From an uncultured Bacteroidota bacterium (GTDB taxonomy: Bacteria > Bacteroidota > Bacteroidia > Bacteroidales > VadinHA17): a DNA stretch of 64,000 nucleotides. Each line of letters begins with the position of its first letter. The first letter of the stretch is position 1. A program made the position numbers and the translations under genes. The stretch is taken from contig CAVYYM010000041.1 in NCBI GenBank assembly GCA_963772715.1, positions 73,345-137,344 of the forward strand, read 5' to 3'. The notes under the pieces were generated by a model that was not told the DNA's origin, ran no database searches, and saw only the letters and a list, made by a program, of their open reading frames with translations. Positions 41,159 to 50,362 of the stretch are shown one piece after another.

Positions 41159-44100
41159 TTACTTATATTCGTCCCAGCTCTTGATAGCCAGATCCTCCTG
41201 CTTCATGCGGCAGAAAGCGAGGATGAAGGCGCTGGCAAGCCTGGCATTGGTTATAAGAGGCACGTTAAAATCGACAGCGCTCCTCCTGATCGAGTAGTCG
41301 TTATTCAGCTCGGCATCCGAAAGATCCTTCGGGATGTTTACCACAAAGTCAACCTCTTTCGTCCTTATAAGCTCAATCGTATTCGGGGATTTATTTTCAT
41401 CGGGCCAGTATGCCACTTCAGCCTCCACGCCCGCATTTTGCAGGAACTGCTGTGTGCCTCTTGTTGCATACAGCTTATGTCCTCTGTCCCTCAGGGCTTT
41501 GGCGCTGTTCAGAAGCTCTACCTTCGAGCGGGCCGGACCTGTCGAAAGCAGGATACTTTTCTTTGGCACCCTGTAGCCAACAGAGAACATTGCTTTCAGA
41601 ATGGCTTCATAGAAACCTTCACCAATGCACCCGACCTCTCCTGTCGACGACATATCGACGCCAAGCACAGGATCGGCTTTTGCAAGCCTCGAAAAGCTGA
41701 ACTGCGGCGCCTTCACACCGACATAATCTAGCTCGAACACCGATTTGCGGGGCTTTTCGGCGGGAACACCGAGCATCACTTTTGTCGCCAGCTCAATCAG
41801 GTTCGATTTCAGCACCTTGGAAACGAAAGGCATGCTCCGGCTGGCGCGGAGATTGCACTCGATAACCTTTATATCATTGTCCCGGGCCAGGTACTGTATG
41901 TTGAACGGACCTGAGATGTTTAGCTCTTTTGCGATATGGCGTGTGATACGCTTTATACGCCTGACTGTCTCGAAATATATCTTCTGAGGCGGGAAGACTA
42001 TTGTTGCGTCACCGGAATGGACACCGGCAAACTCGACATGCTCGCTTATCGCATAAGCGAGGATCTCTCCCTCCCGTGCGACTGCATCTACCTCGATCTC
42101 CTTGGCATTCTCTATGAATTCAGACACCACTACGGGATACTGTTTCGAAACCTGTGCGGCAAGCTCGAGGTAATGAGTAAGTTCATTCTTATTCGAAACC
42201 ACGTTCATCGCTGCACCGGAGAGAACATATGACGGACGGATAAGAACCGGAAATCCGATTCTGTCGGTAAATTCGAAAATATCTTCGATTGTCGAGAGCT
42301 CTTTCCATCTGGGCTGGTCAACTGAAAGATTATCGAGCATCTTCGAGAATTTATGCCTGTTCTCAGCCCTGTCGATCGACAGGGGGGAAGTGCCCAGCAC
42401 AGGGACATTCTCCCTGAAGAGCCTCATGGCCAGATTATTGGGTATCTGTCCGCCTACGGAAACAATCACACCGCCCGGGTTCTCAAGATCGATGATATCG
42501 AGCACCCTCTCGAATGTCAGCTCATCGAAGTAGAGCCTGTCGCAGGTATCATAATCCGTGCTTACAGTTTCAGGATTATAGTTGATCATTACCGACCTGA
42601 ATCCCTCTTTCATGATCGTATCAATCGCATTTACCGAGCACCAGTCAAATTCCACGCTGGAGCCTATCCTGTAAGCGCCTGACCCCAGCACGATTATCGA
42701 TCTCCTGTCGTTTTCAAATTTTATATCATGTTCGATGCCGCTGTATGTAAGATAAAGGTAATTTGTAACAGCGGGATACTCTGCCGCCAGGGTGTCAATC
42801 TGCTTGACATATGGCACTATACCAAGCATTTTTCTTCTGCTTCTTACCTCCAGCAGGTCTTCGTTGATATTTGCAGGTCCCGAGCGCATAACATGCCTGG
42901 CGATCTGGAAGTCGCTGAACCCGTTTATCTTGGCATGTGCAAGCAGCTCTGAGGGAAGGTCATCGAGGGATTTGCAATTGCACAACTCGTCCTTGATGCT
43001 GATTATGTTTCTCAGCTTGAAAAGGAACCATTTGTCGATCATGGTGAGCTCGTGGATCCTGTCGACAGACAATCCTTTTTCAAGTGCTTCGGCTATCGAG
43101 AATATCCTCATATCTGTCGGTTCGGTAAGCTCCGTTTCTATATCCCTGAATTTGAGTTCACGGTTGCCGGTGAAGCCATGCATTCCCTGTCCGATCATCC
43201 TCAGCCCTTTCTGGATGGCTTCCTCGAAGTTCCTGCCTATCGACATGACCTCTCCCACACTCTTCATACTGCTCCCGATGGCATGAGATACCCCTTCGAA
43301 TTTATTCAGATCCCAGCGGGGTATTTTACAGACGATATAATCGAGAGCGGGCTCGAAACATGCAGTGGTCGTTTTTGTCACGGAGTTTTTCAGCTCGTGC
43401 AGGCCATAGCCTATCCCGAGCTTGGCGGCAATGAAAGCAAGCGGGTATCCGGTCGCTTTTGAAGCGAGGGCGCTTGACCGGGAGAGTCTGGCATTGACCT
43501 CTATCACGCGGTACTCTTCCGAATCCGGGGACAGGGCGTATTGCACATTGCATTCACCAATAATGCCTATATGGCGGATGATCCTTATCGAAAGCTCACG
43601 TAATTTATGATATTCGCTGTTTGTAAGTGTCTGAGACGGAGCAACCACGATGCTTTCTCCCGTGTGGATGCCAAGAGGATCGAAGTTTTCCATGTTGCAG
43701 ACGGTGATGCAATTGTCGTACCTGTCGCGAACCACCTCATATTCAACCTCTTTCCAGCCTTTAAGAGATTCCTCCACAAGGATCTGGCTTGTATAGGAAA
43801 ATGCTTTGGCCGCCAGGATTTTAAGTTCATTCATATCAGAGGCAAAGCCGCTTCCCTGTCCGCCCAGTGTATATGCAGCCCTGATAATAACCGGGAAGCC
43901 GAGTTTCCCTGCAGCTTCAAGTGCTTCTTCCACACTCTGCACGGCAATGCTTTTCGGAGTTTTTACATCTATCTCGCCCAGCTTCTTCACGAACAGCTCG
44001 CGGTCTTCGGTATCCATTATGGCAGACACCGGAGTTCCCAGCACCTTTACCTTGTACTTTTCGAACACGCCGGCCCTGAATAATTCGGTACCGCAGTTAA

Positions 44101-44380
44101 GCGCTGTTTGTCCTCCAAACGAAAGAAGGATCCCGTCAGGATGCTCTTTTTTAATGACTTCCTCGACAAAATAGGGGGTAACCGGCAAGAAATATATCCT
44201 TCCTGCCAGTTCCTCGGATGTCTGTACAGTTGCAATGTTGGGATTTATCAGGACAGTTTTAATACCCTCTTCCTTCAGGGCTTTGAGGGCCTGTGATCCG
44301 GAATAATCGAACTCACCTGCCTCGCCTATCTTAAGTGCACCCGAACCAAGGATCACCACCTTTTTTATCTTATCTGTCAT
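41159..44380 (-). CDS. carB: Carbamoyl-phosphate synthase large subunit
   Basis: 1073 aa with duplicated ATP-grasp halves (GSGALKIGEAGEFDYSGSQA / GSGAYRIGSSVEFDWCSV) and a C-terminal MGS-like domain. Confidence 0.95.
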   Translation of the reverse strand: MTDKIKKVVILGSGALKIGEAGEFDYSGSQALKALKEEGIKTVLINPNIATVQTSEELAGRIYFLPVTPYFVEEVIKKEHPDGILLSFGGQTALNCGTELFRAGVFEKYKVKVLGTPVSAIMDTEDRELFVKKLGEIDVKTPKSIAVQSVEEALEAAGKLGFPVIIRAAYTLGGQGSGFASDMNELKILAAKAFSYTSQILVEESLKGWKEVEYEVVRDRYDNCITVCNMENFDPLGIHTGESIVVAPSQTLTNSEYHKLRELSIRIIRHIGIIGECNVQYALSPDSEEYRVIEVNARLSRSSALASKATGYPLAFIAAKLGIGYGLHELKNSVTKTTTACFEPALDYIVCKIPRWDLNKFEGVSHAIGSSMKSVGEVMSIGRNFEEAIQKGLRMIGQGMHGFTGNRELKFRDIETELTEPTDMRIFSIAEALEKGLSVDRIHELTMIDKWFLFKLRNIISIKDELCNCKSLDDLPSELLAHAKINGFSDFQIARHVMRSGPANINEDLLEVRSRRKMLGIVPYVKQIDTLAAEYPAVTNYLYLTYSGIEHDIKFENDRRSIIVLGSGAYRIGSSVEFDWCSVNAIDTIMKEGFRSVMINYNPETVSTDYDTCDRLYFDELTFERVLDIIDLENPGGVIVSVGGQIPNNLAMRLFRENVPVLGTSPLSIDRAENRHKFSKMLDNLSVDQPRWKELSTIEDIFEFTDRIGFPVLIRPSYVLSGAAMNVVSNKNELTHYLELAAQVSKQYPVVVSEFIENAKEIEVDAVAREGEILAYAISEHVEFAGVHSGDATIVFPPQKIYFETVRRIKRITRHIAKELNISGPFNIQYLARDNDIKVIECNLRASRSMPFVSKVLKSNLIELATKVMLGVPAEKPRKSVFELDYVGVKAPQFSFSRLAKADPVLGVDMSSTGEVGCIGEGFYEAILKAMFSVGYRVPKKSILLSTGPARSKVELLNSAKALRDRGHKLYATRGTQQFLQNAGVEAEVAYWPDENKSPNTIELIRTKEVDFVVNIPKDLSDAELNNDYSIRRSAVDFNVPLITNARLASAFILAFCRMKQEDLAIKSWDEYK

Positions 44381-44442
44381 CCTCAGGATTTGGCGTTAAA
44401 AATAACACAATTTTTCTTATCGGGATTTGCATATGAAAAAAA

Positions 44443-44478
44443 TGAATATATTTGCAAAATATAATGAATAAATATGCA
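44443..44478 (+). promoter_or_regulatory. Two ARG-box-like 14-mers (TGAATATATTTGCA / TGAATAAATATGCA); candidate ArgR operators overlapping the argR promoter and start codon
   Basis: A 12/14-identical direct repeat at 44443-44456 and 44465-44478. Box 1 contains a TATATTTG -7 box (44447-44454). Box 2 contains the argR ATG (44474). Confidence 0.4.
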
Positions 44479-44953
44479 AAAAGCAAAAAGGCTTCTGGCA
44501 ATTGAAAGAATAATTTCCGAAGAAAGCATCAGTTCGCATGAGGTTTTGCTTAAGAAACTGAAGTCGAAGGGAATATACTGCACACAGGCGACATTATCAC
44601 GCAACCTGAGGGAGCTTGGCGCAGGCAGAATACCTGACGGCAGCGGGAATTACAGGTATACCCTTCCTGAAAGCATTAATAACGCTGTGTCGCAGACAAG
44701 CAGGCTGCAGGTTCTTCCTGCCATAACCGGCGTGGTTGATGCCAAGGGACTTCTGGTGATCAGAACACTCCCCGGGAATGCAAACAACACAGCGATATAT
44801 ATTGACAACACTTCAAGATATGAGATAGCAGGAACTATTGCCGGTGATGACACGATACTGGTGATACCGAGAGACGGGATTACCAATCACCAGGTTCATA
44901 CATGCCTGGAGATTATTTTACCGGGGTTGCATGAACAGATAAAAAAGAAATGA
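44474..44953 (+). CDS. argR: Arginine repressor ArgR
   Basis: An N-terminal winged helix (GIYCTQATLSRNLRELG) and the C-terminal arginine-binding motif GTIAGDDTILVI. Confidence 0.9.
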   Translation: MQKAKRLLAIERIISEESISSHEVLLKKLKSKGIYCTQATLSRNLRELGAGRIPDGSGNYRYTLPESINNAVSQTSRLQVLPAITGVVDAKGLLVIRTLPGNANNTAIYIDNTSRYEIAGTIAGDDTILVIPRDGITNHQVHTCLEIILPGLHEQIKKK

Positions 44954-45043
44954 AATTGGGTTCGAGGTCAATGGACTAATGATAATAACATGGGAATCAT
45001 TAAACTAATAACAAATATTTAATATATAAATAAAATTTTAAAG

Positions 45044-46276
45044 ATGAAAGAAAAAGTAGTGCTGGCTTACAGCGGGGGTCTGGATACATCGGTCATCCTG
45101 AAATGGCTTATCGACAAGAATTATGAAGTGATCGCATTCATCGCAGACGTGGGACAGAAGGAGAATTTCGCAGAGTGCAGGAAGAAAGCATTGCTCCTGG
45201 GTGCTTCCAAAGTAATTATCGCTGACCTCAAGAGGGAATTCGTTGAAAAATACGTGCTTAAGGCTATAATGGCAAATGCGATCTATGAAGACAGGTACCT
45301 GCTGGGTACTGCTCTTGCAAGACCATTGATAGCCAAGAAACAGATTGAAGTCGCAAAAGAGGAGGGTGCACTGGCAGTTGCCCACGGTGCAACAGGAAAA
45401 GGGAACGACCAGGTGAGGTTCGAATTGTGCTATTATGCACTTATGCCAGGCGTGAAAGTCATATCCCCATGGAAGGACAGGGAGTTCCTGTCGCAGTTCA
45501 AGGGAAGAACCGACCTGTTGAAATATGCCGCTGAGAAGCAGATACCTGTAAAGGCAAGCATCGACAAACCATACAGCGAGGATGATAACCTTATGCATAT
45601 AAGTCATGAGGCCGGCGTTCTGGAAGACCCTATGTACTCGCTCCAGAAAAGCATGCTCGAAAAGATGGTCATGCCGCAGGATGCACCCGACACTGAGACC
45701 AGGATCGTGATCCATTTTAAGAATGGTCTTCCTGTAAAGCTTATAAACAAGGAGGACGGGACAGTCAGGGAAGATTCATACGAGATGTACGTTTACCTGA
45801 ATGAGCTGGCAGGCAAGAACGGAATAGGCCTTCTCGATATGGTCGAGAACAGGTTTGTGGGCATCAAGTCGAGAGGCGTTTATGAGACTCCTGCCGCCAC
45901 AGTCCTCCATATTGCCCACAAGGATATCGAAGGAATTGCAATGGACAGGGAAGTGATGAGGCTGGTGAATATGCTTACCCCTAAATTTGCAGAGATCATA
46001 TATAACGGCTTCTGGTTCAGTCCTGAAATGGACTTCCTGATGGCAGCAATCGAGAAGAGCCAGGAGCTTATTGACGGCAGCGTACACCTTTGTCTTTATA
46101 AGGGTAATGTAATTGTCGAAGGCCGGGAATCGCCTTCCTCATTATATAACAAGAAGCTCTCGAGCATGGACATCGAAGGCGGATTCGATCAGACTGACAG
46201 CAAGGGATTTATCAGGATCAATGCTATAAGACTGATGGCTCACAGGGCAATAGTTGAAGAAAGCAGAGAAAGATAA
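45044..46276 (+). CDS. argG: Argininosuccinate synthase
   Basis: [13 protein letters not shown] (the N-type ATP-PPase motif), [15 protein letters not shown] and [11 protein letters not shown]. Confidence 0.95.
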   Translation: MKEKVVLAYSGGLDTSVILKWLIDKNYEVIAFIADVGQKENFAECRKKALLLGASKVIIADLKREFVEKYVLKAIMANAIYEDRYLLGTALARPLIAKKQIEVAKEEGALAVAHGATGKGNDQVRFELCYYALMPGVKVISPWKDREFLSQFKGRTDLLKYAAEKQIPVKASIDKPYSEDDNLMHISHEAGVLEDPMYSLQKSMLEKMVMPQDAPDTETRIVIHFKNGLPVKLINKEDGTVREDSYEMYVYLNELAGKNGIGLLDMVENRFVGIKSRGVYETPAATVLHIAHKDIEGIAMDREVMRLVNMLTPKFAEIIYNGFWFSPEMDFLMAAIEKSQELIDGSVHLCLYKGNVIVEGRESPSSLYNKKLSSMDIEGGFDQTDSKGFIRINAIRLMAHRAIVEESRER

Positions 46277-46302
46277 ATGCTATATTGGCTTAAAGATATT
46301 TT

Positions 46303-46393
46303 CCTTTGTGTTCCTTCGTGCGTACTTTGTGCGACTTAGTGGTGAAATAAATTAACCACAAAGAACATAAGGATAACAGAAGGTACACAAAGG
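46303..46393. repeat. 91-nt imperfect inverted repeat whose arms are four degenerate ~10-nt tandem units (TTCCTTTGTG-like / CACAAAGG-like), between argG and argH
   Basis: - Left arm: ttcctttgtg ttccttcgtg cgtactttgtg cgacttagtg.
- Right arm: aaccacaaag aacataagg ataacagaagg tacacaaagg.
- The outer 9 bp (46303-46311 with 46385-46393) pair perfectly, as do 46313-46317 with 46379-46383. Confidence 0.55.
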
Positions 46394-46415
46394 ATTAACT
46401 TATAAACAAAGAGAA

Positions 46416-47816
46416 ATGAAACTCTGGGAAAAAGGAATCAACCCCGAACCTGCAATAATCGAGTTTACTGCAGGAAAAGACAGGAAGACGGATCTTCACC
46501 TTGCAAAGTGGGATATTGTCGGATCCATGGCGCATGTGATAATGCTCAGCGATGTCGGACTGATACTCGACGAAGAGAGGAACGACATGCTCAAGGCGCT
46601 TCATTCACTGTTCGTCTGGGATGAAGAGGGGAGCCTTGTCATCGAAAAGGATGTGGAGGATATACATTCCCAGATAGAGAAGGAGATGGCCTCGATCCTG
46701 GGCATGACGGGCAAGAAGATACATACCGGAAGATCCAGGAACGACCAGGTTCTTGTCGATATCAGGCTCTACACCAGGGAGGAGATAGACAAGCTGGCGG
46801 AGCTAATAGGCAGGCTTTTTTCCCGGCTGCAGTCTCTGAGCGACCAGTACAGGGATGTACTGCTTCCGGGTTACACGCATATGCAGCCGGCCATGGTTTC
46901 GTCCTTCGGATTATGGTTCGGGGCATACGCCGAATGTCTCTCCGACGACCTGCTTCTTCTTTCCGGGGCCAGGGCATTGAACAACAAGAATCCGCTCGGA
47001 ACAGCGGCAGGCTTTGGCACTACTCTGCCGCTGAACAGGAAGCTTACGTCAGAGCTGCTGGAATTTGATGACCTCCTTTACAATTCAGCCTATGCCAGCC
47101 TAAGCCGCGGAAAAGTGGAGATGGCAATAGCCTCGGCTTTGGCTTCCCTGGCACAGACACTTTCGCGGTTTTCAATGGACGTATGCCTCTATATGAGTGC
47201 CGAGTTCCGGTTCATAGACTTCCCCGACGAATATGTCACCGGCTCAAGCATAATGCCCCAGAAGAGGAATCCGGATGTGTTCGAGCTGATAAGGGGCAGG
47301 TCGAATGTGATCCAGACGCTTCCCAATGATATTGCGATGCTGACATCGAACCTGCCGTCAGGCTATAACCGTGACCTTCAATTGCTTAAACAACTGGTGT
47401 TTGATGCGTTCGATGAGATGAAGGATTGCATCGAAATCATGATATTGATGCTCAACAATATCAAGATCAGGAAGAACATTACCGATAATCCGCTTTACAA
47501 TACGATTTTCAGCACTGAGGAGGTAAACCGTCTTGTAAAGCAGGGTATCCCGTTCAGGGAAGCTTACAAGGCAGTGTCGGAGATGGTGAAGAGCTCATCA
47601 TTTTCCAGAACCTCGGTAAATGATTATGTTCATGAAGGAAGCATAGGCAATCTCTGCAACAAAGAGATAGCAGCGATTTTCTTTGAAAGGATGAAATACT
47701 TCAGCAACAAGTCTGCAGCCGAGATGGCGGAAAAGATGATGGGGTATGTTAAAAGCACTCAAGTAAGACCCCCAACGAACCCCAAATCAGAAATGAAAAC
47801 AGCTTCAGTATTCTAA
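46416..47816 (+). CDS. argH: Argininosuccinate lyase
   Basis: The fumarate-lyase signature GSSIMPQKRNPD and TGRSRNDQV. 466 aa. Confidence 0.93.
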   Translation: MKLWEKGINPEPAIIEFTAGKDRKTDLHLAKWDIVGSMAHVIMLSDVGLILDEERNDMLKALHSLFVWDEEGSLVIEKDVEDIHSQIEKEMASILGMTGKKIHTGRSRNDQVLVDIRLYTREEIDKLAELIGRLFSRLQSLSDQYRDVLLPGYTHMQPAMVSSFGLWFGAYAECLSDDLLLLSGARALNNKNPLGTAAGFGTTLPLNRKLTSELLEFDDLLYNSAYASLSRGKVEMAIASALASLAQTLSRFSMDVCLYMSAEFRFIDFPDEYVTGSSIMPQKRNPDVFELIRGRSNVIQTLPNDIAMLTSNLPSGYNRDLQLLKQLVFDAFDEMKDCIEIMILMLNNIKIRKNITDNPLYNTIFSTEEVNRLVKQGIPFREAYKAVSEMVKSSSFSRTSVNDYVHEGSIGNLCNKEIAAIFFERMKYFSNKSAAEMAEKMMGYVKSTQVRPPTNPKSEMKTASVF

Positions 47817-47841
47817 ATTCGATTGGTTCGGTATGCTAAAG

Positions 47842-48918
47842 TCAGGATCTTTTAATGTTCTCCAGGAATTCATCGAAAAGATAATCAGTATCCGTTGGTC
47901 CGCCTGAGGCCTCGGGGTGGAATTGCGTTGAGAAGAAGGGTTTTGTCCTGTGCTTCATACCTTCGTTGGTCTTATCGTTAATGTTAATGAAGAGCGGATC
48001 CCAATCTTTTGTAAGGGTTTTATTATCGACTGCAAAGCCGTGGTTCTGGGATGTGATATAAGCTTTATTCGTCCCGACCTGTATAACAGGCTGATTATGG
48101 CTCCGGTGTCCGTATTTCAGCTTATAGGTGTCGGCGCCGGAGGCAAGTGCCATAAGCTGGTTGCCCAGGCATATTCCGAAAACAGGAGTCTCCTTTTCAA
48201 AGGATCTTCTGATGTTGCTGATTGTTGCTTCGCACATTTTGGGATCGCCGGGGCCATTTGAAAGAAAAAGCCCGTCAAATTCATCGTTGTGATAATCATA
48301 ATCCCAGGGAACCCTGATTATGGTAGTATCCCGTTTCAGTAAATTCCTGATAATGTTGTATTTGACACCACAGTCGACAAGCACGATCCTGTATTTTCCG
48401 TTCCCGTAAATCTTTTTTTCGCGTGTGCTCACTTCGGCTACAAGGTTGACCTTGTTTGGATCATAAAAATCAATTTTTTCTCCCTCTGGCTCAAACTTCC
48501 CGAGCATGGCACCTTTTTCGCGTATCCTTTTTGTAAGAGCCCTGGTATCTATCCCGAAGATCCCGGGAACTTTGTTCCTTTTCAGCCATTCATCAAGACT
48601 TTCTGATGCATTCCAGTGGCTGTATTCGAATGAATAATCAGATACGATGAGTCCTGAAATATGTATCGATGACGATTCATAAAACCGGTAAAGATCATTC
48701 TCCTCGTTTTTTGCCGGCGCTCCGTAATTGCCGACCAGCGGATATGTGAGACAGAGAAGCTGTCCGCGGTATGAGGGATCCGTAAGACTTTCCGGATATC
48801 CCGTCATGGCTGTGTTGAAAACAACCTCGCCGGCGGCGGCTAGCGGTGCACCAAATGATCTCCCATGATAAACCGTTCCGTCTTCAAGTGTCAGCTGCAC
48901 CTTAATTCTGTCTGTCAT
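47842..48918 (-). CDS. carA: Carbamoyl-phosphate synthase small (glutamine amidotransferase) subunit
   Basis: FNTAMTGYPESLTDPSY, the GATase triad region GICLGNQL (Cys), and FHPE. Confidence 0.93.
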   Translation of the reverse strand: MTDRIKVQLTLEDGTVYHGRSFGAPLAAAGEVVFNTAMTGYPESLTDPSYRGQLLCLTYPLVGNYGAPAKNEENDLYRFYESSSIHISGLIVSDYSFEYSHWNASESLDEWLKRNKVPGIFGIDTRALTKRIREKGAMLGKFEPEGEKIDFYDPNKVNLVAEVSTREKKIYGNGKYRIVLVDCGVKYNIIRNLLKRDTTIIRVPWDYDYHNDEFDGLFLSNGPGDPKMCEATISNIRRSFEKETPVFGICLGNQLMALASGADTYKLKYGHRSHNQPVIQVGTNKAYITSQNHGFAVDNKTLTKDWDPLFININDKTNEGMKHRTKPFFSTQFHPEASGGPTDTDYLFDEFLENIKRS

Positions 48919-48926
48919 TTTTTCCT

Positions 48927-48966
48927 GGTTCGATGGTTTGAAGGTTCGATAGTATGATGGTTCGAA
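48927..48966. repeat. Tandem octamer repeats GGTTCGAT (variants GGTTTGAA, GGTTCGAA) filling the spacer before carA
   Basis: ggttcgat ggtttgaa ggttcgat agtatgat ggttcgaa. It lies in the 53-nt gap between the lyase stop (48972) and the carA start (48918). Confidence 0.5.
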
Positions 48967-48971
48967 TGTTA

Positions 48972-50153
48972 TTAATTCTTTCTAATTTGAAATACAGCAT
49001 TTTCGATCTGTTCCATTGCTTTTTTCACTGTTGCAAGGGGTGCTCCAAGGTTCATTCTCATGAATCCCTCACCTCCGGGTCCGAATTGAGATCCTTCATT
49101 TAACCCGACGCCCGCCTTTTGTACAAAAAAATTCTGCAATTCCTTTCCGGTCATACCAAGCTTTCTGCAATCGAGCCATATCATATATGTGGCTTCAGGC
49201 TTAACAGGATCTATTTCAGGCAGATGATCCTTACAGTAATTCTGTACATAACGGACATTGCCGTCAATGTATTTCATCAGCTCATCCACATAATCATGGC
49301 CTTCCGAATATGCAGCCATTGAAGCAACATTGCCAAAAATATTTCCATTTCCGATATGCAGGCTGTCAGTTCTCTTATTGAAATATTTTCTAAGCACCGG
49401 ATTGGCAATTATGACAGACGATGTCGAAAGACCTGCCAGGTTAAATGTTTTGCTTGGTGCGATACAAGTGACGGTAATATCCGCCACCTCTTCCGATATC
49501 GTTGCCATCGGCGTGTGGACGAAACCCGGAAGAATGAGGTCACAATGGATCTCATCGGAGAGTATGAGGATTTTATTTTCGAGGCATATTTCAGCAAGTA
49601 TTTTCAACTCCCCGGAGGTCCATGCCCGGCCGACAGGATTATGGGGATTTGAAATGATGATCATTTTCGTATTTTCTGAAACGGAACGTCTCAGAGAGTC
49701 GAAATCCATTGTCCACATGCCTTCTTTTTCGATGAGCTGATTATAGACAAGATTGCGGCCATGGTTTTCGACGGCCGGGAAAAAAGGAGTATATACCGGA
49801 GGCTGCACGATCACCGAATCTCCAGGGCGGGTAAAGGCAAGAGTACATAGATTGAGTGCAGGAACGACACCCGGACAGAAGCATATCCATTCCTTGTTCA
49901 CCTGCCATTTGTGCCTGACCGACAGCCATTTGATAATCGAACTGTAATAGCCGGAAGAGCGGAATGAATAACCGTATAATTCATGTTCGGCCCGTTCGCG
50001 GAGCTTATCAGCAATGAAACGGGGTGTTTTGAAGTCCATATCTGCCACCCACATCGGGATCACATCCTTCCTGCCAAATGTCTCCTCTCTCAGGTCATAT
50101 TTTATACAATCCGTTCCTTCACGCGAGGCAGCTTCATCAAAATTCCAGCTCAT
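48972..50153 (-). CDS. PLP-dependent class I/II aminotransferase-fold enzyme, MalY/PatB-type C-S lyase
   Basis: 393 aa. The region IISNPHNPVGR...SDEIHCDL...APSKTFNLAG (the PLP-Lys) is typical of PatB/MalY cystathionine beta-lyases. Confidence 0.8.
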   Translation of the reverse strand: MSWNFDEAASREGTDCIKYDLREETFGRKDVIPMWVADMDFKTPRFIADKLRERAEHELYGYSFRSSGYYSSIIKWLSVRHKWQVNKEWICFCPGVVPALNLCTLAFTRPGDSVIVQPPVYTPFFPAVENHGRNLVYNQLIEKEGMWTMDFDSLRRSVSENTKMIIISNPHNPVGRAWTSGELKILAEICLENKILILSDEIHCDLILPGFVHTPMATISEEVADITVTCIAPSKTFNLAGLSTSSVIIANPVLRKYFNKRTDSLHIGNGNIFGNVASMAAYSEGHDYVDELMKYIDGNVRYVQNYCKDHLPEIDPVKPEATYMIWLDCRKLGMTGKELQNFFVQKAGVGLNEGSQFGPGGEGFMRMNLGAPLATVKKAMEQIENAVFQIRKN

Positions 50154-50195
50154 TCCAGTTATGAGTGTTATTCAGGGGCTCAAAGATATAAAGAA

Positions 50196-50274
50196 GTTTA
50201 GAGTGAGCTAGAGTTTGGAGTGACTAAAGTTATTTTTAACTCTAAGTACTCTAGGCACTTTAGGCACTCTAAAC
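50196..50274. repeat. 79-nt imperfect inverted repeat built from four TAGAGTG-like units and four inverted units with 9-nt periodicity, in a divergent promoter region
   Basis: - Left arm: gtttagagtg agctagagtt tggagtg actaaagtt.
- Right arm: aactctaag tactctagg cactttagg cactctaaac.
- The outer 10 bp (50196-50205 with 50265-50274) pair perfectly. Confidence 0.55.
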
Positions 50275-50362
50275 TATTTTAAAGTTAACTGTCCGATTTT
50301 CAATATTATTTATTATTTTTATAGCGGTTTTTAAGAATGATTCTAAATTAAATTGATATTAT

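Noticed and set aside
41000-41731. A 243-aa plus-strand ORF, and similar long antisense ORFs at 45038-45715, 12541-13170, 57274-57921 and 5962-6417.
   Set aside because: All lie antisense to strongly conserved genes (carB, argG, the phosphorylase, purH, GDE). None has family resemblance. They are treated as non-coding shadows.
48927-48966. CRISPR-like appearance of short direct repeats; the same applies at 41047-41158.
   Set aside because: The units are only 7-8 nt and directly abut each other with no spacers. No cas genes are present. This is not a CRISPR array.
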